In this document: in pieces, positions 25,953-45,505 of the stretch
Position numbering within the stretch: the stretch's first letter is position 1
Layout of the letters: each line of letters starts with the position of its first letter
Origin: Haliotis rufescens
Taxonomy: Eukaryota
DNA length: 64,000 nucleotides
Reading direction: 5' to 3'
Assembly (NCBI RefSeq): GCF_023055435.1
Contig: NW_025963891.1
Coordinates: 20,336,001-20,400,000, forward strand
Notes under the pieces: model-generated
What the model was told of the DNA's origin: nothing
What the model saw: only the letters and a program-made list of their open reading frames with translations
The model's database searches: none
Made by a program: the position numbers and the translations under genes

Positions 25953-28900
25953 ATAAAAATATAAAAATGCAGCAAAGGGGACGGGGGGGTGGTCGGATGA
26001 TCGTGTATTACACAGAATATGTTCACGTCATTTGTCCAGTATTAGTCGAATTTAATTATCACTTGCTTGATAACGCTGTTAGAACCTACACCGAAACGTC
26101 GCTCCTAAATGTAATAAAGAAGCTTTTCATCCATAAATCTTCACATTGCTTTCTGAATTTAAGGAAGTTAAAATAGTGTATCAATGATTATTTGAACTAG
26201 AATGTGTTTCATGTTCAGTGCATTGGTGTCACACAGCTGAAGATCCTCAGTGAACCTTGTCACAGACTGACCTGTTGATGATCCTGAGTGGTCGGAGGTG
26301 GGACCAGTCTCGACACTGGGGGTTTGGCCCCTGTGACGGAGCCAGTCCATGTTGTCTCCTCCAACGTTGCTCCATGTGCAGAAATCGGATTGGAAGGTAC
26401 AGATTTCAGCAGCTAATTACAAACACAGAAAAGGGTTCAGGGATATGTGCTGAGACAAACTGGTGTCTGCTATGGAAGTTATTTCATACAATCTGCTTGG
26501 TGTTATTTGTCGGATTGATAATTATAAGAGTGTGATATTTTTCTATCAACATTTCAAAAATAGTGAGTGGGTGAGTATGGTCTTACGCCGCCTTTAGCAA
26601 TATTCCAGCAATATCACGGCGGGGGACACCAGAAATGGGCTTCACACATTGTACCCATGTCGGGAATCGAACCCGGGTCATCCTCATGACGAGCTATCGC
26701 TACAAACATAGAAGCACATGCACTTATTGTCATTTTCATAATCTTCATAACGTGATTCATCGTTTCTACAACCTAGTACAATGTACATAATGGACATGAG
26801 TAACAGGGGGTATATTGTCTCCATGTTGAAAGTAGATATAACAATACTATTTAGTTGACATCAAGCACATGCTTTTGTTTGGATGCAGTGGGTGACTTGA
26901 TATACTTTAGTAATGTGTAGCGTAATACTAAATCTATGCACCTTCATGACTTTATCCCTGAAGAACATTGTTTAAAGAAAAGGATGTATGCCTTACTTAC
27001 ATTGGCCAGATGACAGTGTTGCAGCTGAAAAGCATTGTGAAGGTCGTGATGTTCATTTCTACAGTACAATAACATTTAACAAAAACAATTACATAAAAAG
27101 GAACCACGGTTAACCATTTGTATGACGTTGAAATAAATTAAAGAAACCAAACAAAGATCTACTCCTGGGAACTCTGAACAAGTGGATGTAAAATTGTGGG
27201 CAAAATTCACACTTCACTCTGCTCAGTACCGTGTACTGTGAAATTGCTACCTCCGTGTTCCTTCAGACGCCATGTTCACGTCACCTCTTGTGAGATAATC
27301 GCTTATATGAAGCATGGAATATCGCCTATGATACCCGTATCAAATACATCACCATCGAATAATCATTTCATTTATGTATGGTGGAAATACAAAAATAAGT
27401 AACACAACTACAAGTAGCGCTCCTCAGTTCAACGTGATTTACATTTATAGGAATAACTATCCTTTATGCTGGAGTTTTTATCGGACTTACGAGCTGGCGT
27501 GGTGAGGGAGCCCTGGGAAGCCAAACAACCATAGTACATCTGGATCTCCTTGATGTCAAAAGGACTCAGGTGAGTTCTCTGTCCAATGATTGCTCCCTTC
27601 TGCTTGACAATAATGGTTGGCTTCCTGCGGTCGACGGCGAAGCTGTAGGCGTTGTAGTGCATGACGGACTCGTAGTCGTACTGGAGTCCAAGAGTGTCAA
27701 CCTGTGTGATGGTGTTCTTGTCGAAGTTGCGTTCGTGCCCTACAACATAGAACGGTATATTGAGGATATCTCATGTGTAGAGTAAAATATCGCCTTTGAG
27801 ATAAACACGACATTTGAGTCGACACATGGAATATCATATTTAATAGATATAATTGAGTAGTTGTTAACCGTAAGATTAAAACCATAAAACGCATATTCTC
27901 CCTACCTAACCAATTGTAATTGCGACTTAAAAAGTAGTTTCATGTTCACAAAAATTTGAAAATAATATAAACAAATGTAACAGAAAATGTATAAGATCAA
28001 TACAATTCTCTATCTTACATTTGGATATGATTTTATACAAAATCAACTTCAACAAAAAATATTCTTGAGTTGTTGGAAGTGAAAGAATACACGCTGGTCA
28101 AGTTACAAAAATGTCTCTTTGAAAAACAAAAAATATCGATTTATAAGTTAAATGAGAATTTTACAGTTTATAATGAAACTTTTTCAAGACAATAACAAAC
28201 GTCAAGAAGCGATATAAACTATATAAACACAAAACCCTAATGGTACCAGTTGTGTATCATATTTTTGTCTAACATTTCTCGTTAATTTAATTAATTATAT
28301 TATTTTTTCTCGTTACTTCGATTTTTTCTCGTTATTTCGATTATTTATTTCACGCTCGAAAGATTTTTTGTCATCGTTTCCATTATTTTCTCGTAGTTTT
28401 AATTATTTGAAATAAGCTTGAAATAACGAGAAAATGCTCGAAGTAACAAGAAAATACACAAAATAATAAGAAGCAATTCTAAATTAAGAAAATAATGGAA
28501 AGGACGAGAAAATTCGATTTTGGAAAAATACAATTATGCTACTATAGTGGCACTATTAGGCTATAAATGACCATCTGTTATTATTTTGCCTAACGTAAAC
28601 AGGATGTCAACAGTTTGTGTACGGGCTAGATACATACGATAAAGGGGAGATAATTGGCAGGGAAGTAACTCTTGTAAGACAATAGTTATGTTCACTGCAG
28701 TGAATTATCAAGTGTTATGTTCATTGCAATGAAAATATCACTTTTTTCAACTTCAGAAACCTCAGTGTTTCCCACTGAAGTATAAAATGAAGCTTTTTAC
28801 TTTATGATGAGCTGAATTTGCAGATCTAGTGTATTAATTCACAAGAGAACTGAATTGATTAACTTAGCTTACTTATCAGGAAGTTAAATTGGAAATGTTA

Positions 28901-31900
28901 ACATTCAAATAATTAATTTCTGTTCTCTTACGATATACCTGTTTGGATGTTGCTAAAGTCGATGGTGACGTAGTTGTCTCTGTCGGGGCGGCTCTGCTCG
29001 TGCCAGAAGCCCAGGGCGTGCATTGTCTCGTGCATGATGGTGCCGATTCTGCCACACCCAACTCCAAGTGTGACACCCGACACAGTGTGGTGATAGCCTA
29101 CTGGTGTGTGACACCTACAACAACGATCATATCTTTGCAAGAAGCGATCGGGTGGCCCAGTGGTTGAAGCGTTCGCTCGTCACGCCGACGACCCGGGTTC
29201 GATTCCCGACATGGGTACAATGTGCAGTGCCGTAGCCACTCACTCACTCACTTTGCAAGAACACAACAGAAATAGAGCAACAACCAGAACAGGTTTATGC
29301 GTGAGCGAGTGCTTCAGGACAAGCTCACCCTTTTCCTGGTGTCATCACTGATTTTCAGTGATCCATTCATATTATTTCCATCACTATTTTGCCTGTTACG
29401 CCCCATGGAATCTTTTTCGGCAGATAATCGACACTGATTATTCTCTGGCGTTGACGTGTCAGCTTTATGTATGCAACATGGTGCAGGTCGTAGAAGTTTC
29501 CGACTTTAGTGTATACTACACGTACTGGTATACGGTTGACCAAGGAACATAACCGAGGCGAATATTAGATTCCAACCAACGTTCAGCCGATCCTGCCACA
29601 AAACACGGACGCCACTCGCCACAGCTCCAGATCACCAGACCACCCATGCCTCCGTTCCGAGGTAATATGAAGCTAGCAGTATGGTCAATCCGTCTTTATC
29701 CGGGTAAATAAAAAAGAATGATGCATACTGTAGCCCTTCACTCCACTTTAATTTAGGGGGCACGGGTGGCCCAGTCGTCTAAGGCGCTGCGATTCGCTCT
29801 GCAGAATTGCGTCCCTTGGACACGCCAGAAACCTATGATTGGTGTTCGAATCATGGTTCGCCCCAAATATGTTTCTAGGTTTGTCAGCACCATACCCGTG
29901 CTCGTGGGTTTCACCGAAGTGGTAAACGTCTGAGACCTACATCACTTCGGGCTTTCCTCCCACATTAAGCTGACACGCCGTGATATAACCGGATAACTGT
30001 TGGAAGCGGCGTTAAACCTAACTCACCCACTCACTTTAATTCATCTCATCTCGGACTGAATTTTACATCATATTGACTGTCCTCAATATTAACTGATCCA
30101 CATCGTCAGCACCACACGGGATTAGATACCCTACTTTCCTCCACCCCCATGATACGGCGGTGTTGCGACGTGTCTAGTTTTATTCAACTAATGAAATACA
30201 GTAAACTACGGTTATAACGAACACGCTTATAACGAACTGACGGATACAACGAACTAACTTTTTAGTCCCGACTGTTTGGTGTAGTTATGCTGTATATATG
30301 CTTATAACGAATTACGGTTATAACGAACTAAAATTAGTAGTCTCTTTTAGTTCGTTATAACCGTAGTTTACTGTAAACCCGTTTAAAACTTACGGAAATG
30401 AAATGAGCTCCAGTCCATGCATTAACTTTGTGTGAAACCTACTATTGCCTGATGCTGAAGCAATGTGTGAAGCAAATGGCACGTGTTGCATGAGACATTG
30501 CAGTCTGTGCGATGTAATCTGAGCGCTAATTTGTAATCACTGGAACCAGATCGTGGCTTGATTCGTTGGTTATAAACCGCGTGACGAGCGAACGCTTTAA
30601 CCACCCGACCGCCCCAACTACCGAAGGACAAAACCCGTGTCGATAGCTGATTCTTAAAAGCACCCCACATTGCCACTTGTTTGTTGTATTTTGACAGCGC
30701 CAATTTACGTCTTTTAGTCTACACGAGAAGTAATTTTTTCTCATTCTCTTATCGCATTTGCACTATATATCATACAAATATATCACCATACTGAAATTGT
30801 TTGATAGGCATACTTAGAAGTATGACATAAGTAGATACAATTTTGGATAACAACTTCTTTGTTTCCCGAAAATTCGACGTTTCTGTATAGGTCCTTTTAC
30901 CATAGTCAGTCTTGTTTAAAGATCTATACCGACACGTCGCCTTTACAGTATATAAAATGTAAAAAGATGTTATCCATACATTGTGTCTACTTTGAAATCA
31001 CTATGCCCCGCTTGACGAGTCCCATTATCTCTGTCAGTACTACATTTACTGCAGCAGGTGTTGACTGAACTGCAGATTTCGTGAGACACTGTGGAAGGAA
31101 TATGTTCGTTGGCAACATAAAATATAGTGTAGCATGGACACACCCGCTTCCTCCTTGGTATTTGATGTAGGCGGTCTCGTTGGTACGGGGTTTGAATGTC
31201 AGGCACGCTTTACCATTGACCTTGGTTTTCTCCTGTAAGTTGCTTATGGCTTGGTGGATGGTCTTCTGCTCAAGGGCGCCTTGACAAAGATAATACCACA
31301 GACAATACCAACTCTTGATAATACCACAGAGACGATCAAGCGAAACAGTTTACAAGAACAACATAAGCAGATTTCGAAAAACCTTTAAAAGTCCTTTGTA
31401 CTAAGAAATCGAAAAAAAGTTTGGTAAAAGTTGCAAAACCTTGTTGATGTCCATGATTTGTCTGTAGATTGTCTTAATTGAGTTGAGTTCATAAATAAAA
31501 CAAGCTAAATATTTAGGAAATATGTCAATAGGTAAGGATATTGAAACACTTTACAACAACATTAAGATTTCTCAAAACCTCCAATATTTCCATTTCACTA
31601 AGAAATCGAAAAATCGTTTCAGAAAGTTACAAAATCTGTGTACTAAAAGATGTCCATGATAGTAAAATCCATTTATTAAAGATTGTCTTAATTAAGTTGA
31701 GTACAGAAATAGAAAATAAAAAAGGAGAAAGGAAGGTCAATTAACAGATTTTGTAAATTAAAGAAAGTTTCATTCAAAGATCTCAATTTTCAGTCGACCT
31801 GCTAACGTTCTAACACGCCTAGCTACAGCTTTGGTATACTGCAAACAGTACTCACTGAAATGGTTGGTGTCTATGACGTAGGGGATGACGCCGTTCGGCC

Positions 31901-34633
31901 ACCTATAATTCCTGTTCCTTTGAGCATTTCGGTTCTTCAAAGGAAAAAATATGTTAAATTCAGTTTGGGGTTGATTTACTTTAAGTTGTGGAATTTCTTG
32001 TTCAAATAATGCGTCATTTAATTGAAAACTGTTTTTATTCAACTAATTTGACAGTGATATGTAAAGAACAGATGAATGGTTACCTTAGGGTTTTGTCCCG
32101 GATGAAGAATGATGTCACCCTCAAAGAGACCTGTGTGGGGGAAGATATAAGGTTTATCATATGCATGGGATCTCGTGCTCAGACCTATGGATGATTGTGC
32201 ACATGTTACCACACCATTGACGTTATTCACTTCTGGTATCTTCCCTTGCCTAAAGAACTTGGGTGTGGGTCAAAAGCACAGCTGTTTATCCTGGATAATG
32301 TACGTGAGTGTGTGGATTTGAAGGCCGCTTTGTACAGTATTTCCGTTGTATCAGGGCATGTCAGAAATGTTCGACATTCTTAGACATTTACCACTTTTGG
32401 TAATATCCAAACAATCAATAATAGGTGCATTATATCACCTACGTGTAGGTGTTAAATTACACTACAGGGTAAAATCATATCGTTTAATGTTCAATCATAA
32501 CTCACCAGGGTTTTCCTCAGGATATGCCGCTGTAAGTAAATATAAACAATATCACAATATTCATTTTAAAATTGATCATCATGTGGAACAGGAATAAACA
32601 TTATATGTTTCATAACTTCCATATTTTTTCCCTTTATTAATTTTAGTTATTTTTATTCACGTTGAAATTAGTGTGAGGGTATTACAGGTTTTGACATGTT
32701 TTCCATAAGGATACATACATTTAGATTTTCTGGTAAGTTATGCTAAATATGAATACATTTTGTGCCTTTCACGCTGGGCCACATGCCCTTAATGTTTGTT
32801 CCTTGTGTTGAATATATAATTAATACCAAAATACTTACGATCGAATGCAGGGGCCTGGTGGTTAAGAGAGATAAGCATAATTATAGTAGGATACAATTAA
32901 GATATACGGTTGTGTTTGGACTACTATCTAATTTGGTGTGAACGTATTTCAAATCGTTTGAAAAACTTTAAAATGTGACTCAGACATATTAATGTCAGTT
33001 GCGTGAGTTAAATTAGCATATACGTCTGTTACCCGTTCCACAAAGCGATTTTGGTAACTCTGATTCCTTTAACACAAACGTCATAAGATCGATTATCGCA
33101 TTGGGAAAAGGAGCCTAATCGAGGCTATATTTCTGCAATCTTTCCTTAAAATAAGTTGTGATGGTGTTTCAATTACAAGAAGAAAAAAACTATCGATATT
33201 TCCCGTCCTTATGAATATGTGCATAATATGACACACAAGATATGACATTGATCTCATTATACCAGAAATGGTTAATCCTATAAATGTTAGCACATTTGAC
33301 ATTATGACTGGTTACTGAAAGTACAACGAATTATATCCTCTATTCTTTAAAATGCTTTTATACCTTCCAATGACGTGAATTAGTAATGACACTTTTCCAT
33401 AGGAAAAAGTTCATTTGATAGCAATGTTACATATAGTATTTTCAAAACTCTTAATTATCATTCCTTAACAAAATAACAACATAAAATTAAACTATTCTTT
33501 AATTTAACTCTGCCAGGGTACGAAGTCACACAATCAACCAAGTCACCAATTCTGACCTACCGATCCACTTAGTCACCTCTCAAAACAAGCATCGGTTACA
33601 GGGAACCACATGATATCTGAGCTTACCAAATTTCATGAAGAAACATTCAATGAGTTTTGAGCTACTGCGTTTGAGTCCAGGTTGTTTTTGCCTGATAAAC
33701 AAAAACATCTAAACAATTTTTAAAAAGTAGCAAAAGGCATCAGTTCAACATGTGCCTAATGGACATGCTTAGTTTCACAAAAATGTACAGTTAATGATTT
33801 ACGCAACGACACGAACCCTACTCGTAACCTTCATTTCTATGTGTTGCCTTTGAATGCAAATACAATAATAAAAAATCAAAACCTTCTAATTAACAAAATG
33901 CCCAGTTCAGTGCTTGCCTGATGTGTATAAACGTTTCACAAAGTAATAATAACTGTTAACGAGTTATAATCCTGAAACGATCCCTATTTTGTATTTGAAA
34001 ATGTTTTCTTGGAAACGAGAAAAAAAAACATTTAAAAATTCAAACATTCCCTAAATAAAAAGGACCTTAGTTCAGAGCATGCCTGATGTGTATACAAAGT
34101 TTCATGAAGAAATATGAAACGGTTTGTGAGTTATGCTCCAAACATGAACACTACCCTCATTTGACGTGAGGTGCATTACAAAGATGGAGATATTTTAAAC
34201 GGTTTATGAATAATGTTCTGGAAACGAAACGTGACGGACAAAGCCCGGTTCTTCATATCCCCGCAAATGTCTTTTCCTAATACACTTCTAAAAGCACAAA
34301 TGTTTGAGTTAACCTGGAAATATGAATGAACTAACACGTTCGAACTCGCTTCTTTCGACACTTCCCTTGTGTCATGTCGAATTTGTTAACCATATCAATG
34401 TTTAAACTTCACAGAACATTTCGAAAAAAGATGTTATTGTCTCTCTTACCAATAAAGCACAGCACAGCACTGCATATACATAAAAGTGTGTATAAAATGC
34501 GTTGTTACGAATATACTTTTTTACAAGGGAACTAAAACAGAAATGCAGTTAAAAGAAAGATGTCCCCAAATACCTGCTCAATAGGCACAGCAAGGGTATA
34601 CCCCAAACACAAGGCGAGGAGAACCCTCAACAT
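24964..34633 (-). CDS. Astacin-MAM metalloprotease copy A3, 427 aa, 11 exons
   Basis: Exons 34574-34633, 32839-32854, 32506-32529, 32084-32130, 31856-31934, 31144-31279, 28939-29114 ([19 protein letters not shown]), 27491-27739 (SVMHY), 26272-26412, 25189-25439, 24964-25068; 1284 nt in frame. Confidence 0.93.
25631..25741. mobile_element. Short Harbinger-type MITE
   Basis: agggccccgttccccaa / ttggggaacgtggccct inverted termini with CAG/CTG flanks. Confidence 0.6.
25878..25952. repeat. (TAG)n microsatellite
   Basis: Direct reading; a similar (TAG)n lies in the same intron of A4 at ~37988-38041. Confidence 0.95.
29756..30034 (+). mobile_element. tRNA-headed SINE family S3 (V-domain-like body)
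   Basis: Head ggtggcccagtcgtctaaggcgc..gttcgaatc; body gtgggtttcacc..tttcctcccac; tail gccgtgatata..gcggcgttaaac; TSD cactttaatt; 5'-truncated minus copies at ~44722-44975 and ~49642-49895. Confidence 0.8.
30197..30375. mobile_element. Tigger/pogo-like MITE
   Basis: Perfect TIRs tacagtaaactacggttataacgaac / gttcgttataaccgtagtttactgta. Confidence 0.85.
33600..34270 (+). mobile_element. Degenerate non-autonomous Helitron/Helentron-like repeat
   Basis: Recurring aagtttcatgaagaaa..gagttatgctcc units ending in gacggaca..tatccccgc; absent from A4 intron 1. Confidence 0.5.
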
Positions 34634-35179
34634 GTCTCTTCAATAGAAGTCAGAGTTATATAAATATGTCCACATTCCAGATTTTTCCTGACATAATAAT
34701 GGGAATGTGTCACATGGTCTCATAGATATCTCGCAGTCGGTGTAAGAAGCCCAGTTTGTTGGTGTGCTTGATAAGAGCTGAGTTTAGGTTATTTTAATGA
34801 GCGATGGAAAACACAAGTCACAGGTTGTAGATGTGTACAACTTCGAAACCACTGTCCGGTAGAGCAGTCACGTCTCTGGGATGTGATGTGTGTACATAGT
34901 CACCCAGGTCAGTCAGCCTGACCATCCGATCCCGTTATTCACCTCTTACTACAAGCACAGATAGCTGCAGATTAATTCTAACCCGGATCTTCACGGGGCC
35001 TGGACAGTAAAGGTATAATTATGGCTTCACCGTTCTCTCGCCATAGGCCTGAGTTCGATTCCCCACATGAGTACAATATGTGAAGCCCATTTCAGGAGCT
35101 AGAATATTGTTAAAAGCGGCGTAAACCCAACTCATTAAAGTTCTCATGCTTTTGCTACCCGACACTGTTTTCCAATATA

Positions 35180-36580
35180 TACTCTTCAAAAAAAGAAACG
35201 CAATACGGATATTTTTGTCAATAAAAGAGGTGCAAAATGAAGAGGTTTAATATGTTAAAGTGTCAGTGACAAATTTCCCGGATCAAAATGATCGCAACAA
35301 GGACATGCAAACCATTAGTCGGGAAACACGTAGGATTCGGAAAATCGCACCCAGTGCATTTAACAAAAGGGCCTTGGAGCTGTACGCACTGCACGTGCAG
35401 CAGCACTTTGAACGGTATTAAAGTACAGGTTTTTTGATTGCCTGGCATCTGCGTCAATCGAACAGTGACAGTTCAACAACATGCCAAGATTAACAGAAGT
35501 GCAAAGAAACGTCATAGGCCGCTTTCAGGTAGGGGAATCCCGATCAGCTGTAGCCGGGGTTTACAATGACGCGCCCAGCACCATCACAAGGCTATGGGAT
35601 TGGTTTCAACAACATGGGTCAACACGTGATCGGCTAAGGTCGAGACGACCACCCCCGCCCAAGATCGCTACATCCGACTGCATACCCGGACTGCGCAGAA
35701 TCTCCGACCAGACCGTACGAAACCGTTTAAGAGCAGCAGGTTTACGAGCAAAACGTCCTGTTCGACGCGTCATACTGAGTCGACAACATCGTCAACAACG
35801 ACTACATTGGTGTCGTCAACACAGGGTATGGCCTTAACTGCGATGGAGAGATGTCTGGTTCAGCGACGAATCAAGATTTCTTCTCCGTGGGGGAGATGGA
35901 AGAGCACGGGTCTACTGACGTCGGCGAGAACGTTACGTCGGAAACTGCGTACAAGTGGACAGGTTTGGTTGGGGTAGTGTTATGATGTGGGCGGCTGTCT
36001 CTCATCATTGCAGGACATGTTTGGTCCATATCCAGGGCAATCTTACGACCAACGATACATTGACGAAAATCTCCTACCACACGTCATCCCAATTGCAGCC
36101 AACGGCAACGGTGTATTCCAGCAGGACAACGCTCGATCGCATACAGCACGGATCATAAGAGCCTGTCTACACAACAACAACGTTGATGTTCTCCCCTGGC
36201 CCTCCAGATCCCCAGATTTCAACCCGATAGAGCACCTGTGGGATAAATTTGGATAGACGGCTTCGCCGACGTCAACCACAACCTTAGACGTTGCAGCAGT
36301 TTGGATTTGCGTTGCTGGTTGAGAGGGCTACCATTCCCAACGATGTGATTCGCATACTCGTCTCTTCCATGGACAGGAGATGTCAACGGGGGCCAAACGC
36401 GTTATTGTCGGTAGCTGACCTTTACCTTGGACATTTCCTATGTACTGATAACTAAGATGATTACAATCACCATGTGTTCTCTCCACAACATTTTGTCTCA
36501 ATACCTTGTAATTTCCTCGTATATATGTATTTTTCTACACACAAATCTGGCTTTACGTTTCTTTTTTTTATTGAAGAGTA
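35180..36580 (+). mobile_element. Tc1-like transposon, decayed
   Basis: TIRs tactcttcaa..aaagaaacg / cgtttcttt..ttgaagagta; transposase pieces 35481-~36406 (MPRLT HTH, FSDES, FQQDNAR, SPDFNPIEHLW) with stops and frameshifts. Confidence 0.9.
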
Positions 36581-37124
36581 CATGTTTATTAAATTCTTCA
36601 GTTACAGGAATTTTCCTCGGATCTGAGCAGAGATTGTGATGTTTGAAGTTCAGCTCTGAGCTTGCCAACATGGGGAAAGCTGGTGATTAATGACCAACCT
36701 TGGCTCTGCATTTGTTCCCAAAAGAGAGAAAATAAGGGCTGGAGAAATACAGGGCTGGAAAAAAGGACGAATACCGCGTTTGACATGGGAGGGCGGAATT
36801 AGGGGGAGATGACAGATAATGGATTTTTTATTTGTCTGTTGTTTAACGCCGCACTCGCTAATATTCAAGCTATATGACGGCGATCTATGAATATTCGAGT
36901 CTGGACCAGAAAATCTAGTGATTGACATCATGAGAATCGAATCGAGAATCGGGCACCCATGTCGTTACTCTTTTATGAACCGATGGCTATGGTATATAGT
37001 TGAAGACAGACCATTGTTCTAACTTAATAACCAATGACAACTCCGTATCAAAAGTTCGATATGTTTATTGGCTTGATATTGTTGCTATATTTTAGATGTC
37101 GATGAATCCTGCTTCCACGGCCCT

Positions 37125-44303
<7,179 letters not shown>

Positions 44304-45134
44304 GTTTCTCCAATGAAAGTCTTGGGAGAATAACCTTTGAACGTGTCCTTTTTAATACATACGTCCAGAAACCTGGTTTTTACTGATAAATTAATGGGAA
44401 TGTGTCACATGGCCTCACCTATATCTCAGTGCAAGAGGTGGAGTTGTTCGTGTGGTTGATAAGAACTGGGTTTGGTTACACAAATACTAGGTGCATGGTT
44501 TTATTTGTGAAACGCAGGTACCAAACATTATCTATTGGGGTTTAACTGTAACCTTACTTATTGGAACTGATGAAAAAGCCGTCATGGCAGATGAGTGAGT
44601 GAGTGAATGAGTGAGTGAGGTTTAAAGCATCAGTTATATCATGGCGTCTGGGACGAAAGCCTAAAATGGACGCTTTATCGCTGTAACTTTGAATCAAAAT
44701 AAGGGCGAATTAGGGATTCGTGTGAGTGAGTGAGTTGGGTTTAACGCCGCTTTTAACAGCATTTCCGTTATATCATGGCGTGTCAGCTTAATGCAGGAGG
44801 TAAGCCCGAAGTGATGCAGGTCTCAGACGTTTACCACTTCGGTGAAACCCACAAGCACAGGTAAGGTGCTGACAAACCTAGAAACATAATCGGGGCGAAC
44901 CGGGATTCGAACCTACAGTCATAGGTTTCTGGCGTTCCCAAGGGACGCAACTCTGTACAGCGAATCGCGGAGCATTTGGGATTCGAAACTACCACCAACT
45001 CTATGTAATTCATTCTTCATGAAAAGTCTATATTTTAATGCTGATGCACAAATAAAAATGTGGTATGAGCATGGCCTCAGTGCAAAAGCAGGCAACTCAT
45101 AGGTAGAAATATACTGAATTGCTCTGTCTTCCTT

Positions 45135-45505
45135 GGCCGCCGTGGTCTAATGGATAGAGCGTCTGTCTGTTGAGCGGAAGATCAGTAGTTCAATCCCCGG
45201 CCGTAGCTACCAAAAGACCCTAAAAGATGGTACTTGTTACCATGCCTGGCGCTCAGCATGTACGGGATAAGACAAGGTCGTCTCGGAGTCAGTATACTGT
45301 GTCTGCGGCATTGTGTCTCAGTGTGCTCGCACCATGAAACCGACATATGTCAGGACTAGTACAAACACACACACACACACACACACACTCACTCACTCAC
45401 TCACTCACTCACACTCACGCACGCACACACTCACTCACACTCACGCACGCGTGCGCGCACGCGCGCACGCACACACACACACCCGTGGATGCACGTTGCT
45501 GTAAC
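45135..45505 (+). mobile_element. tRNA-headed SINE family S4 (Meta-domain-like) with (CA)/(CACT) microsatellite
   Basis: Head ggtctaatggatagagcgtc..gttcaatccc, body taccaaaagac..aaaagatggtacttgtt; copies at ~46895-47211(-), 50057-50430, 51835-52151(-), 61000-61330(-). Confidence 0.75.

Noticed and set aside
26066-26102. Hammerhead-like cttgataac..cgaaacgtcg (also weak traces near 6825-6890 and 15230)
   Set aside because: Core and stem II are too degenerate to call; probably decayed Penelope termini.
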